IMG/VR virus record: IMGVR_UViG_3300021961_000021
Source of the DNA: a virus
Length of the DNA: 64,000 nt
Reading direction: 5' to 3' (one strand)
In this document: positions 55,886 through 64,000 of the stretch, in pieces
Numbering within the stretch: position 1 is the first letter of the stretch
Layout of the letters: each line of letters starts with the position of its first letter
Translations under genes and position numbers: made by a program
The notes under the pieces: generated by a model
What the model saw: only the letters and a program-made list of their open reading frames with translations
What the model was told of the DNA's origin: nothing
The model's database searches: none

Positions 55886-55959
55886 AGCCCACGGTCGGAC
55901 TTGAACCGACGACCTACGGTTTACAAAACCGTTGCTCTATCCAGCTGAGCTACGGAGGC
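55886..55959 (-). tRNA. trnT: tRNA-Thr(TGT)
   Basis: Anticodon arm ACGGT-TTTGTAA-ACCGT; T-arm GGTTCAAGTCC; acceptor has a C5-U68 mismatch. Confidence 0.92.
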
Positions 55960-56140
55960 GTTCTTCTTTGGACAACTTGAAGTATAAAGTATAATACCGT
56001 TTCTTCATTTCGTCAATAGTATTCATATCTTCCTCAAATCCTAAGTATTTAAGAAATGAATATGATCCTTCCAATTCACTTAGAAGTCGGCATACGTTTA
56101 TGGATGATAATTCGTGACCACCAAAAATGTATTTATTCAA
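55937..56140 (-). CDS. Hypothetical protein
   Basis: 67-aa ORF whose last codons overlap the tRNA-Thr 5' end. Confidence 0.7.
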   Translation of the reverse strand: MNKYIFGGHELSSINVCRLLSELEGSYSFLKYLGFEEDMNTIDEMKKRYYTLYFKLSKEERLRSSAG

Positions 56141-56391
56141 AACGGTAGTTCCTCATCACAGGTCACTTCTTCAAGTTCAAAGATTATAGGATGACATTGC
56201 TCAGAAATCAAATATGAACTAGATCTGAGCAAGTCTTCAATTGAAAGATAGTCTTGAGACATAGCATATTCTACCATATCTTGAGTATACTCTTCAATCT
56301 CATCAAAAGTAAATGGCAGACCATTTAAGTAATAAATCCTTGCAAGACCTACTTTGGTAAGATAACGGAACTCGGAATAGATTCTGTACAT
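56137..56391 (-). CDS. Hypothetical protein
   Basis: 84-aa ORF (YYLNGLPFTFDE), ATGA-coupled. Confidence 0.7.
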   Translation of the reverse strand: MYRIYSEFRYLTKVGLARIYYLNGLPFTFDEIEEYTQDMVEYAMSQDYLSIEDLLRSSSYLISEQCHPIIFELEEVTCDEELPF

Positions 56392-56822
56392 CGAATAAAA
56401 CTGAATGGTCCTTTCTTTGATCCCCAGAGCAAGGTTCCGTCTTTATCCCATCCCTTGTCACTGGTTTCAAATAATTCCTCAGTAAGTTTAAATGTACCTT
56501 CTACTCGTCTACCTTTATGATCAATCCATCCTTTTTCGGTTTCACCAGTGAAACCAAATTCCGACTCTGTAAAGATTGAGTCTCCCATCCTTGTTTCACC
56601 ATCATAAGTCTCTAGAAGAATCTTTCCAGATTCCGATCTAACTTTATGCTGACGATGACGATAGACTTCCTTGTTCCAGTCATACCATTGTCTAGACTTT
56701 AGAACACCATCTTCCCAATACCAATGGTAATGAACATAAGCAAAGGAAGATGGGTACATTTGTGCTTGTTTTAAATTGTGCCAGTGATGTACTAAAAGGT
56801 TGAGAAAACGTTCCTGATCCAT
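56349..56822 (-). CDS. cpeT: CpcT/CpeT-family bilin lyase (auxiliary metabolic gene)
   Basis: WHNLKQAQMYPSSFAYV...SRQWY...YR...SDKGWD.DG.LLWGSKKGPF.F, the T-type lyase pattern. Confidence 0.85.
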   Translation of the reverse strand: MDQERFLNLLVHHWHNLKQAQMYPSSFAYVHYHWYWEDGVLKSRQWYDWNKEVYRHRQHKVRSESGKILLETYDGETRMGDSIFTESEFGFTGETEKGWIDHKGRRVEGTFKLTEELFETSDKGWDKDGTLLWGSKKGPFSFIRCTESIPSSVILPK

Positions 56823-56837
56823 AGATGTAATTATATA

Positions 56838-57140
56838 TCAGAAATCCTTGGTCAGTTCTTCCAGTGTATCATTGACGTAACCCTGAACTTCTCGATCAGA
56901 AGGCAACGTGACTCCAGGAATAGGCGGGGGTGGTTGCATAGGAGCATACTGTGCTGCTTTCTGTGATTCAAGCAGTTCAAGATCTGCCTGATCAATTCCT
57001 GCAGGTTTACCAACTGGTGCCATAATCACATTACCATTCTCGCTTTGAATCAAGAATGTGTAACCACGTTCAACCAGATCCAAACAGAAGTCAAAGTTCT
57101 TTTCGACTTCCTCTACTGTAACTTTAATAAATGTATTCAT
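56838..57140 (-). CDS. Phd/YefM-like small protein
   Basis: Likely start MNTFIKV at 57140; VTVEEVEKNFDFCLDLVERGYTFLI...GNVIMAP resembles a Phd N-terminal domain. Confidence 0.5.
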   Translation of the reverse strand: MNTFIKVTVEEVEKNFDFCLDLVERGYTFLIQSENGNVIMAPVGKPAGIDQADLELLESQKAAQYAPMQPPPPIPGVTLPSDREVQGYVNDTLEELTKDF

Positions 57141-57322
57141 AGTAAGTAACAACGTTGTTCAGCGGGAACAGATTCCTGAATAAGTTCCACAGTCTCGTGA
57201 AACCCTTCAGCACCCTCTTCATCCCATTTCCATTGAACGGTTTCAATCCGTCCCTCATTATCTTGAATTTTTACGGTACGCTTGGGGAAATCGATCCAGA
57301 CGTAATCCAGGTAGGTATCCAT
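57137..57322 (-). CDS. Hypothetical protein
   Basis: Likely start MDTYLDYVW at 57322; ATGA-coupled. Confidence 0.65.
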   Translation of the reverse strand: MDTYLDYVWIDFPKRTVKIQDNEGRIETVQWKWDEEGAEGFHETVELIQESVPAEQRCYLL

Positions 57323-57361
57323 TGGGGACAGTGGTGTGTACCCCAGAATCATAGCACAGGA

Positions 57362-59794
57362 TCAGTTCAGCAGCAAGGGCAGACCATAGATTTGGCAAGG
57401 ACCGACAGAGCATCCCATCGACATAATACCAGTACCAACTGAGTATGATGCTGCACCAGAGGTAACTTGGTTAACGATAGCACCGCCACCACCTGTTACA
57501 AACTCACCAATACCACCAGATGCACAAGTAACCAGTGTACCGTGACCACCAGTTGCACCAGTAACAATATCAACAATACCGCCAGGTTGAGCAGCGGAAA
57601 CTGTCATACGAACCTGAGTAGCAGGAAGGGCAGAACCAAGACCTTCGGAGGTAAGAGTGACATCTGCACCTTTAATGATTGACAGACGACCAGAAATACC
57701 AGGAAGAGGATTCAGCATACCAATCATATTAAACACTACGTTGTTTACCAGATTGGTTTGCCAGGCACACTCATTCACAATCTCACCAGAAATTGAATTC
57801 ATCAGAGACGTTGCCTTGACGGACATTGAACTTGCGTTCAGGTCAAGTGAGTTGATCGCAGAAAGAGTAACGTTTGCTGCTTGAATACCCCAGTTACCTT
57901 GATAGTTGATCTCGTGGTCTGCTGCAATTGTTTGTGCAGACTTTGCCTGCTTATCTCCAGGTTGTGTACCATCCTTACCCTGTACACCAACACCATTGGA
58001 GCAATGCTCATTTTTTGCCCCAAGAACTTCCAGGTTAAAGTCACCCATAACCTTGAGAGTATAATCACCCTCAATAGTTACGCAATGATTACCTTTAACT
58101 GTGGTGCACTTATCACCACCAACGATCTTGGTCTCATTCCCAGGTTGGTTATAATGGGTATCACCTTGTGCTGTTGAAATCTTCGTCTGCCCACCAGCAT
58201 CTGTAACAATGGTCTTCTCTTTACCAGGATTATTATCCTGAATAACTGAAGCACCATTCATAAATGTGGTAACTTGCATCATACTCGGCAGCAAGTTCTG
58301 ATACAGAGATGATATGTAATCACCTTGTGGAATTACATTCCCAGCATTAATCTCAATCTTCCTCTGCATAAACTCTGGCACTGTGGCACAGTCAGATGCC
58401 CCTAGAAGTGGTAACCAGAATGTTAGTTTTGGTCCTCGTATTTTCCTTCCACAATCCTTCTTCGGTAAGAGTGCCTTGAGAAGGTTGATGATCAAGGTAA
58501 CAAGATTACCCCAATTAATCTTAGAGAAATCAAATTGGAAAAGGGTATCCATTGCCTTACCCATTTCCTTGAACTGCCCTGCTACATTCTTAACGACCTT
58601 GATAGCAGCAAGCAGTGTGCGACCCAGTTGCATTACCTGCTGAATACCCTTCTGCACTTTCTGGACAATAGCAGCAGTGGTTGTTTTTACCTGGGCGGGA
58701 ATAGCATCATATACTTTTTGTACGATGAAACTAGACATTTGCTGAGCAAATGCTGCTGTACTATTAAATGCATCTCGTACAAGACTAATAATCCACTGTC
58801 CCTCAAAACCACAGAACAAACTGAAGATGAAATCTGCCAATTGAAGAATGGCATTGATAATCCCCAGAGGAATGATATTAGTGATGAACTTTGTGATCGC
58901 AGAAATGATCTTCTCAATCTGTTTTGCAAGAACTTCCTTCATCCAGGACATAATGCCCGAAATACCATTCGCAATGAACAGGTTGATACCTTTGATCGCA
59001 TTCTTCAACAGTTTATTACTTACTTTCTTACCAGTGATCAGAGATACTAAATTTCCTGCAGGATCGGATCCAAGTCCAGCAGCAAACGTACCAACCTCAG
59101 TGAGCATTCTCTCCAGATCACGTTCAAATCCCTCTGCAGCAGGTCCCTGTGACCCGTCAGCGATGCCCTGTGCCTCTGTAGGGGGCACTTGAGGGTTTGA
59201 CGCATAGTTGCCAGGAACTGCCTGTGCAGCGGCAGGTAGAGCACCCCTATCAGTCGCCTCACCGCCTGATGGGTTTGCGGGAGCAGAACCAGTCTTATTA
59301 AATGGTGCTCCTCCAGGAACTTCTTTACCTGCAGCATCTTGTGCCTGTGTAGGAAGTTTCGGTGCTTCTGCAGCATCAGCAACAGTTGTCTTAGGAACAT
59401 CACTGTCGTTAGCATCACCACTGCCAGTCTTTTTGTCAGCAGCATTTCTAAATCCACGGAATGAACCAAGAACACAAGGAAGTTGTGCTTCTTCACCATC
59501 AAGGAAGAATCCAAGAACTTGTGCACCTACTTGAAGTTCGGTTGTAGTTCCAGTATTCTTAATTCCAGGTTGATCCGTAGGAAGTATGCAGATTGCCCAC
59601 GGAAGAGATTCTGTCGGAAGAGATGTTGTATATGCCTCTTTACCTCCAGCACCAGTATACCAACCGATGATTCGTACTTTTACTCTACCCAGTTGCTGAG
59701 GATCTTCGATCGATTCAACTTCACCTACCCACCAAGTGAAGCCATCACGACCCATTACATCAGATCTGCCAATAGTATTGATGGTCTCGGACAT
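57362..59794 (-). CDS. gp5: Baseplate hub / tail spike gp5-like
   Basis: GFTWWVGEVESIEDPQQLGRVKVRI.G...LPWA...GAQVLGFFLDGE.AQ.P.VLGS OB domain; C-terminal beta-helix repeats (VKGNHCVTIEGDYTLKVMGD). Confidence 0.9.
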   Translation of the reverse strand: MSETINTIGRSDVMGRDGFTWWVGEVESIEDPQQLGRVKVRIIGWYTGAGGKEAYTTSLPTESLPWAICILPTDQPGIKNTGTTTELQVGAQVLGFFLDGEEAQLPCVLGSFRGFRNAADKKTGSGDANDSDVPKTTVADAAEAPKLPTQAQDAAGKEVPGGAPFNKTGSAPANPSGGEATDRGALPAAAQAVPGNYASNPQVPPTEAQGIADGSQGPAAEGFERDLERMLTEVGTFAAGLGSDPAGNLVSLITGKKVSNKLLKNAIKGINLFIANGISGIMSWMKEVLAKQIEKIISAITKFITNIIPLGIINAILQLADFIFSLFCGFEGQWIISLVRDAFNSTAAFAQQMSSFIVQKVYDAIPAQVKTTTAAIVQKVQKGIQQVMQLGRTLLAAIKVVKNVAGQFKEMGKAMDTLFQFDFSKINWGNLVTLIINLLKALLPKKDCGRKIRGPKLTFWLPLLGASDCATVPEFMQRKIEINAGNVIPQGDYISSLYQNLLPSMMQVTTFMNGASVIQDNNPGKEKTIVTDAGGQTKISTAQGDTHYNQPGNETKIVGGDKCTTVKGNHCVTIEGDYTLKVMGDFNLEVLGAKNEHCSNGVGVQGKDGTQPGDKQAKSAQTIAADHEINYQGNWGIQAANVTLSAINSLDLNASSMSVKATSLMNSISGEIVNECAWQTNLVNNVVFNMIGMLNPLPGISGRLSIIKGADVTLTSEGLGSALPATQVRMTVSAAQPGGIVDIVTGATGGHGTLVTCASGGIGEFVTGGGGAIVNQVTSGAASYSVGTGIMSMGCSVGPCQIYGLPLLLN

Positions 59795-59819
59795 TAATCA
59801 CGATAAAATCTAACAAATT

Positions 59820-59827
59820 TATTTATA
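59820..59827 (-). promoter_or_regulatory. T4-type late promoter TATAAATA for gp5
   Basis: Begins immediately after the tRNA-Val discriminator base. Confidence 0.75.
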
Positions 59828-59899
59828 TGGGAGATACTGGGATCGAACCAGTGACTTATTGCTTGTAAGGCAATCGCTCTACCGCTGAGCTAATCTCCC
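59828..59899 (-). tRNA. trnV: tRNA-Val(TAC)
   Basis: GGGAGAT/ATCTCCC; anticodon arm ATTGC-CTTACAA-GCAAT. Confidence 0.95.
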
Positions 59900-60165
59900 G
59901 AATGTAAGATGCGATGGCAATTAGAACAAAGGCATACACATTTCTCAATCTCTTCGACTATACGCTGTGTAGCATAACCGTTTCTGACTAATTCAGATAC
60001 ACCTTTGTCCTTGGTAGAAGGATCGCTATGGTGAAAGTCCATAGCAGCAGGATGAAAGAAACCACACTTTACACAGGGAGTCATTTTACTCAGCATATAC
60101 TCCTTGTTTCGTGCTCTGCGTTTAGCAGAAGCTTCTTTATCCCTGATCTTTCTATCTGTTGCCAT
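59890..60165 (-). CDS. Zn-binding HNH endonuclease between tRNA genes
   Basis: CVKCG...DFHH.DP..K...CVCLCSNCHRILH; stop codon lies inside tRNA-Val. Confidence 0.88.
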   Translation of the reverse strand: MATDRKIRDKEASAKRRARNKEYMLSKMTPCVKCGFFHPAAMDFHHSDPSTKDKGVSELVRNGYATQRIVEEIEKCVCLCSNCHRILHSGD

Positions 60166-60168
60166 TGT

Positions 60169-60198
60169 TAACTCAGCATATACACTGAGTTATTTATA
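60169..60198 (-). promoter_or_regulatory. Late promoter TATAAATA (60191-60198) overlapping an 8-bp hairpin upstream of the HNH ATG
   Basis: TAACTCAG-N8-CTGAGTTA ends 3 nt before the ATG. Confidence 0.7.
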
Positions 60199-60215
60199 AT
60201 GGAAAACCATTGAGT

Positions 60216-60290
<75 letters not shown>

Positions 60291-60773
60291 TCAAAAGTAA
60301 TTGATGTTGATAACACACCGTACACTCTCATCAGTACAAGTATAACCTGTATGATTTGTTAGAGTGTCGAATATCACCAACCTGTTGGCGACAGATTCAA
60401 TTTTATCACCATTTTCAAATTCTGTCCACCCATTGTTAGTATTGACGTAATACAGGGCGGTCTTACATTGAAATGTTTGATCAGTATGCATACCAGTGCA
60501 ATAATGATCAGGTGTAATCGTGGTGAGGTTTGCTTTCACCCTAATCAGTGCCTTATAGTCTAGATCATTGAGTAGGGGCAAAAGCATATTGTAGTAATTT
60601 GAAATTACTGTATCCTCATAGAACCTATGAGTAAACTGAAAATCGTATTTTGTATTTTCAGTTGTCTTGTCAACAATGCCATTATTATAATACCAAGGAA
60701 ACTCAGCATATAGCATTGTGTCCTTAATTATACCATAATTTACTGGATTGAGGAAATTGTCACGGATTAGCAT
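60291..60773 (-). CDS. 2OG-Fe(II) oxygenase
   Basis: Likely start MLIRDNFL at 60773; MHTD...YYVNTNNGWT...NRLVIFD...HTG...RVCININY; paralog of 22674-23210. Confidence 0.88.
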   Translation of the reverse strand: MLIRDNFLNPVNYGIIKDTMLYAEFPWYYNNGIVDKTTENTKYDFQFTHRFYEDTVISNYYNMLLPLLNDLDYKALIRVKANLTTITPDHYCTGMHTDQTFQCKTALYYVNTNNGWTEFENGDKIESVANRLVIFDTLTNHTGYTCTDESVRCVININYF

Positions 60774-60972
60774 TTGTTTCAAGACATTCCATAGTACCGT
60801 GGTAGAAGTTTGGTTTACACACAAACTTTTTGGGTTCTGCCAACTTACCAAGACTATTCATCACAATAATGAACTGCCCCACCAAAATGATCCAGGTTGC
60901 TCTTTTACGAACCCCCTCAAAGTATCTATTAGGTGTATGAGATCCACCCTGTTGCGATGATCTTCTCTTCAT
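60760..60972 (-). CDS. Hypothetical protein (start uncertain)
   Basis: Fills the gap between two oxygenases; one hydrophobic stretch. Confidence 0.4.
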   Translation of the reverse strand: MKRRSSQQGGSHTPNRYFEGVRKRATWIILVGQFIIVMNSLGKLAEPKKFVCKPNFYHGTMECLETNANP

Positions 60973-61537
60973 TTGGTGCTGGTAATCCGTGGTGTACGTG
61001 GGTCCAGTCCACTGGCCAAATCAAGGTTTTCCCTTTAACTGGAGCACACTTATAGTCCTGATGAACCCAATAAGTTTCCCCACCCACATTGACAGTATTT
61101 AGATAGGTCATCCAAGCAAGGTGACGAAATGATGTCACCTTATGAGTCCCTGTTCGTTCACAGTGTGGACGATGATATCCTCCTACTGCTTTCGGATACC
61201 ATTGGATGTTGAATGGTTCTGATATTTCCATTGGAGCCATTCTAGCATATGGAAATACTTCTAGATACTCACTCAGAACTCTATTGAGTTCATCCATAAA
61301 GTTAGTTACCCGTTTATCTGATAAGAACGGTGGAATGGGCAGGTCTACAGAGTTCTTAATAGACTTGTTGACACCACTACCAAACTCACCGCTTACTTTT
61401 CTAATATAATCACAGGTCTCCCAAAAGTCAAGTAGACCGTCAATAACACTATCCGAGATCTGTCCTTCGGATATGAAATTAGTCGTCGTAGACTTTACAT
61501 TCTGAGGCATCGGGGTTTTCATCACAATAAAGTTCAA
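60929..61537 (-). CDS. 2OG-Fe(II) oxygenase (prolyl 4-hydroxylase-like)
   Basis: FNIQWY...HRPHCE...RHLAWMTYLN.V..GGET...P.KGKTLIWP.DWTHVH.G...K.IATGW; start probably 61510-61537. Confidence 0.88.
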   Translation of the reverse strand: MNFIVMKTPMPQNVKSTTTNFISEGQISDSVIDGLLDFWETCDYIRKVSGEFGSGVNKSIKNSVDLPIPPFLSDKRVTNFMDELNRVLSEYLEVFPYARMAPMEISEPFNIQWYPKAVGGYHRPHCERTGTHKVTSFRHLAWMTYLNTVNVGGETYWVHQDYKCAPVKGKTLIWPVDWTHVHHGLPAPNEEKIIATGWISYT

Positions 61538-61688
61538 GAGGAGTAGGATCGTGACTATCTTCGGGGTGATTCTCTTCGTACTTCTTGAGAGAATTTAGTT
61601 CCCCTTCAATATGTCTCCTCATTTGGGGAGAAATTGTAGCGTCATCGAGTATTTTTTTATCCTGTTCAATATGCTGTTTGATATCCAT
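61479..61688 (-). CDS. cp12: CP12 Calvin cycle inhibitor (auxiliary metabolic gene)
   Basis: C-terminal PTPLELYCDENPDASECKVYDD CP12 signature. Confidence 0.93.
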   Translation of the reverse strand: MDIKQHIEQDKKILDDATISPQMRRHIEGELNSLKKYEENHPEDSHDPTPLELYCDENPDASECKVYDD

Positions 61689-61723
61689 AGGAATAGGTAA
61701 CAGTATTATACTATATATGGGTG

Positions 61724-63118
61724 CTAAGAAGCGAGCACACTATCCTTAGAGAGTGTGAGATGCGTCTCCAACTTATCTGGAGAGTATGAATGCATAAGAC
61801 CAATCACCAAATATTTGCCAGAGTACATATTATCAAGTTCCAATCTTTCTGTCTGTGTACCTGCTGAAGTGGATGATGGAATGGCAATATGTATAACATC
61901 TCCTGCAGTAATTCCTGTATTACCAGCAATAGTGATTGATAGTTTATGCAGATTCAGTAATTGCCAGCGTGAAGTTGAATATGCCGATGCAGTAACTGTG
62001 TCAAAATCCATATTAGCAGCAGATCCAGCAGCATTAGCTGTAGCACTGGAATCCTTCATACCAGGAAGTGCACGAATCTTGATTCTGGTAGGTCTGGATT
62101 CGCTAAAATACTCTTTATCAACTCTCAATAATGGATTGATTGGGTTGAGTGTATTTGCAAAACTAAAGACCGTGTTGACTCCCATATTTACAGGAGGTTT
62201 GATAGATCCTGAAGAATTGTTAGCTGCACCCTGCTGATTTGTTTCACCATTCTGGGGAAGGTTACCATTCGTCAGTGCTGGCATAAGAATGCCATAGACA
62301 ACATTACTATAAAGACCAGATCTCATCTTTTCCAAATGATTGGATCTATCTGGATAGTTGATATGCTCAATGTTGTATGCATTAGGGGTACTTCCACCAA
62401 CGTTTGCTTGAGTATAAGTAAATTTCTTCGGATTACTAAATGATGGATTACTTGATGAGCACAGATAATCCATAGTACAGAAATTCTTCCCTCTATAGGT
62501 TTCCCAATAAAGATATCCAGGACGGTTTGTAGTGCCACCTAAGATCTTATCCTGAATATATGAGATACAATCAAATGCCCTCCAAGACGGAGACACAAAA
62601 TTAAAGTTGCCCCTGGCAGGTTCCCATCGATCAATCTTAAGCGAAGAAGTTTTCAGGAACTTTGTCTGTATTTCTTTAACGATCTCATCTCCAGGTTTGT
62701 CCTTAAACCCAGCAAAAACGCGGTTGCTTTCATTATTTGTAGCATCAGGAGACACAGTGTAGAGAATGTATGTCTGTGCTCTTTCCGATTTAGTAACCTC
62801 ACCAATCTTAAATACCTTCTGAATAACCTCCAATTCAGAATCTGGAGCCGAATCAGAAGTCATTCTGATCTTAATATATTCATTACCAACAATATACTTG
62901 GCAAGATCAAGTGTATCATAAACGACAAACTCCATTCTAATTGACGGAGACTCTACAGACTCATAATAATTAAATGCAGAGCACATTGTTCTCATATCAT
63001 ATGCATTATTTCCTGAGAATTTCAAGGTGCTAACATCCTGATTGGGAGGAACATCTTTCCCAAGCAATAGTGTGAATTCGGATAATCTATATCCTTTAGG
63101 TTGAGACGTTTGTGCCAT
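61724..63118 (-). CDS. Baseplate hub protein (gp27/late control D-like)
   Basis: YYESVESP...D, F.F.SP.W..FD.I.Y, YLYWET..G.NF..MD.L, I.GN..ITAGD.I.I.IP...SGKYLV..L.H pattern; TGATG-coupled to the upstream gene. Confidence 0.7.
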   Translation of the reverse strand: MAQTSQPKGYRLSEFTLLLGKDVPPNQDVSTLKFSGNNAYDMRTMCSAFNYYESVESPSIRMEFVVYDTLDLAKYIVGNEYIKIRMTSDSAPDSELEVIQKVFKIGEVTKSERAQTYILYTVSPDATNNESNRVFAGFKDKPGDEIVKEIQTKFLKTSSLKIDRWEPARGNFNFVSPSWRAFDCISYIQDKILGGTTNRPGYLYWETYRGKNFCTMDYLCSSSNPSFSNPKKFTYTQANVGGSTPNAYNIEHINYPDRSNHLEKMRSGLYSNVVYGILMPALTNGNLPQNGETNQQGAANNSSGSIKPPVNMGVNTVFSFANTLNPINPLLRVDKEYFSESRPTRIKIRALPGMKDSSATANAAGSAANMDFDTVTASAYSTSRWQLLNLHKLSITIAGNTGITAGDVIHIAIPSSTSAGTQTERLELDNMYSGKYLVIGLMHSYSPDKLETHLTLSKDSVLAS

Positions 63119-64000
63119 CAGAAGAAGTTACTTAAGATTGTAGATGCTTCACCCATAAAACCAAATCTGCTCTGCAGGAACTTGTTAGCTGGATTCTGCT
63201 TTTGAGGCATTACCATAGGAGGAGTGGCAGAATCACCACCACCGCCAACTCCAGGTGCTTCGATCACATCAAGAACAATCATTTTAACTGCTCCCTCAAG
63301 ATTTGCAGACTCAACTTGTGCTGTTGCTTCCTGTACTTTTTGTACCATATCTATAATTTTTTGTCCAGCAAGCAATCCAGGTGCAGCACCAGGAACAATC
63401 GCTGATGCAACAGGAGTAATTGCCTTCACAACTGGTGCCATCTTATTCATAGCACCACCGATCATATTACCAATACTCTTGACAAATCCACCGAAACTCA
63501 TCTCAGGAATAGGACCACCAGCAGACTTCAGATAACCACCGCTTCGTGCCTCCTGCATTCGTTTTGCAGTAAGACCAGGATTCTTACGAGTGTCTGGAGT
63601 ATCAAATGGAATAACAAATCCACCAGCAGATCTCTTAGCAACGTACTCAGTACCGTGACCGATAAAGTCAACTGTCTTACCCGTAAGTGATACAGGATAC
63701 CCAGACATAGGACCAGAGATCCAACCACCCTTACTTGCAGATCTGCCCTGCCTTCTAAATGCTGCAGCAATAGCATCGGTGTACTTGGTGCCTTTGGTGC
63801 CAAATCCGTCAGAACCAACTTGCCCAGTTCTCATCCAGTTTTCTGCACCACCCATACCCTGATTATGGGCATAACCAAGAATCTGCAGTTTTCTTTCTGG
63901 AGTTGCACTCTTGTACTTAGCATTGCCCATCAAGTAGTTATGATTTGCCTTAGTGAATGCAGCAAAGAATGCTTCCTGCATCTCAGGATTCTTCCTGAAC
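63118..64000 (-). CDS. Tail/baseplate hub-associated protein, 5' part outside window; possible lysozyme-like segment
   Basis: The frame stays open upstream of the listed Met to the window edge (FRKNPEMQEAFF); LGYAHNQG.GGA..W...G..G.DG.GT.G.KY resembles a lytic transglycosylase C-terminus. Confidence 0.6.
   Translation of the reverse strand, partial: FRKNPEMQEAFFAAFTKANHNYLMGNAKYKSATPERKLQILGYAHNQGMGGAENWMRTGQVGSDGFGTKGTKYTDAIAAAFRRQGRSASKGGWISGPMSGYPVSLTGKTVDFIGHGTEYVAKRSAGGFVIPFDTPDTRKNPGLTAKRMQEARSGGYLKSAGGPIPEMSFGGFVKSIGNMIGGAMNKMAPVVKAITPVASAIVPGAAPGLLAGQKIIDMVQKVQEATAQVESANLEGAVKMIVLDVIEAPGVGGGGDSATPPMVMPQKQNPANKFLQSRFGFMGEASTILSNFF

Overview
A 64 kb segment of a T4-like cyanobacterial myovirus (cyanomyovirus). 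Essentially all real genes are on the minus strand, and the + strand ORFs look like antisense shadows. In window order: (1) 1-22.4 kb, baseplate wedge module: a >5,098-aa gp7-like ORF running off the left edge and missing from the ORF track, gp6, gp25, a PAAR protein and a 1,124-aa structural protein. (2) 22.4-34.4 kb, an early/hypervariable region of small ORFs. It is driven by seven copies of a fixed-geometry promoter cassette and also holds an HNH gene, a PD-(D/E)xK nuclease-like gene, an SF2 helicase, RlpA and a pair of inverted DnaA-type boxes. (3) 34.3-45.4 kb, a tightly coupled run that starts at a late promoter and a Gly/His-rich fibre gene. It continues through two flavin-dependent halogenases, six intact plus one degenerate 2OG-Fe(II) oxygenase, two CP-motif proteins and a hidden 27-aa peptide ORF. 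(4) 45.4-53.2 kb, fibre/virion structural genes. (5) 53.2-61.7 kb, HNH genes, a RimK-like ligase, five tRNAs (Ile, Ala, Thr, Val, Asn), a candidate structured ncRNA, cpeT, gp5, cp12 and more oxygenases. (6) 61.7-64 kb, baseplate hub/tail genes. All calls come from motif recognition by eye; no database searches or folding programs were run.
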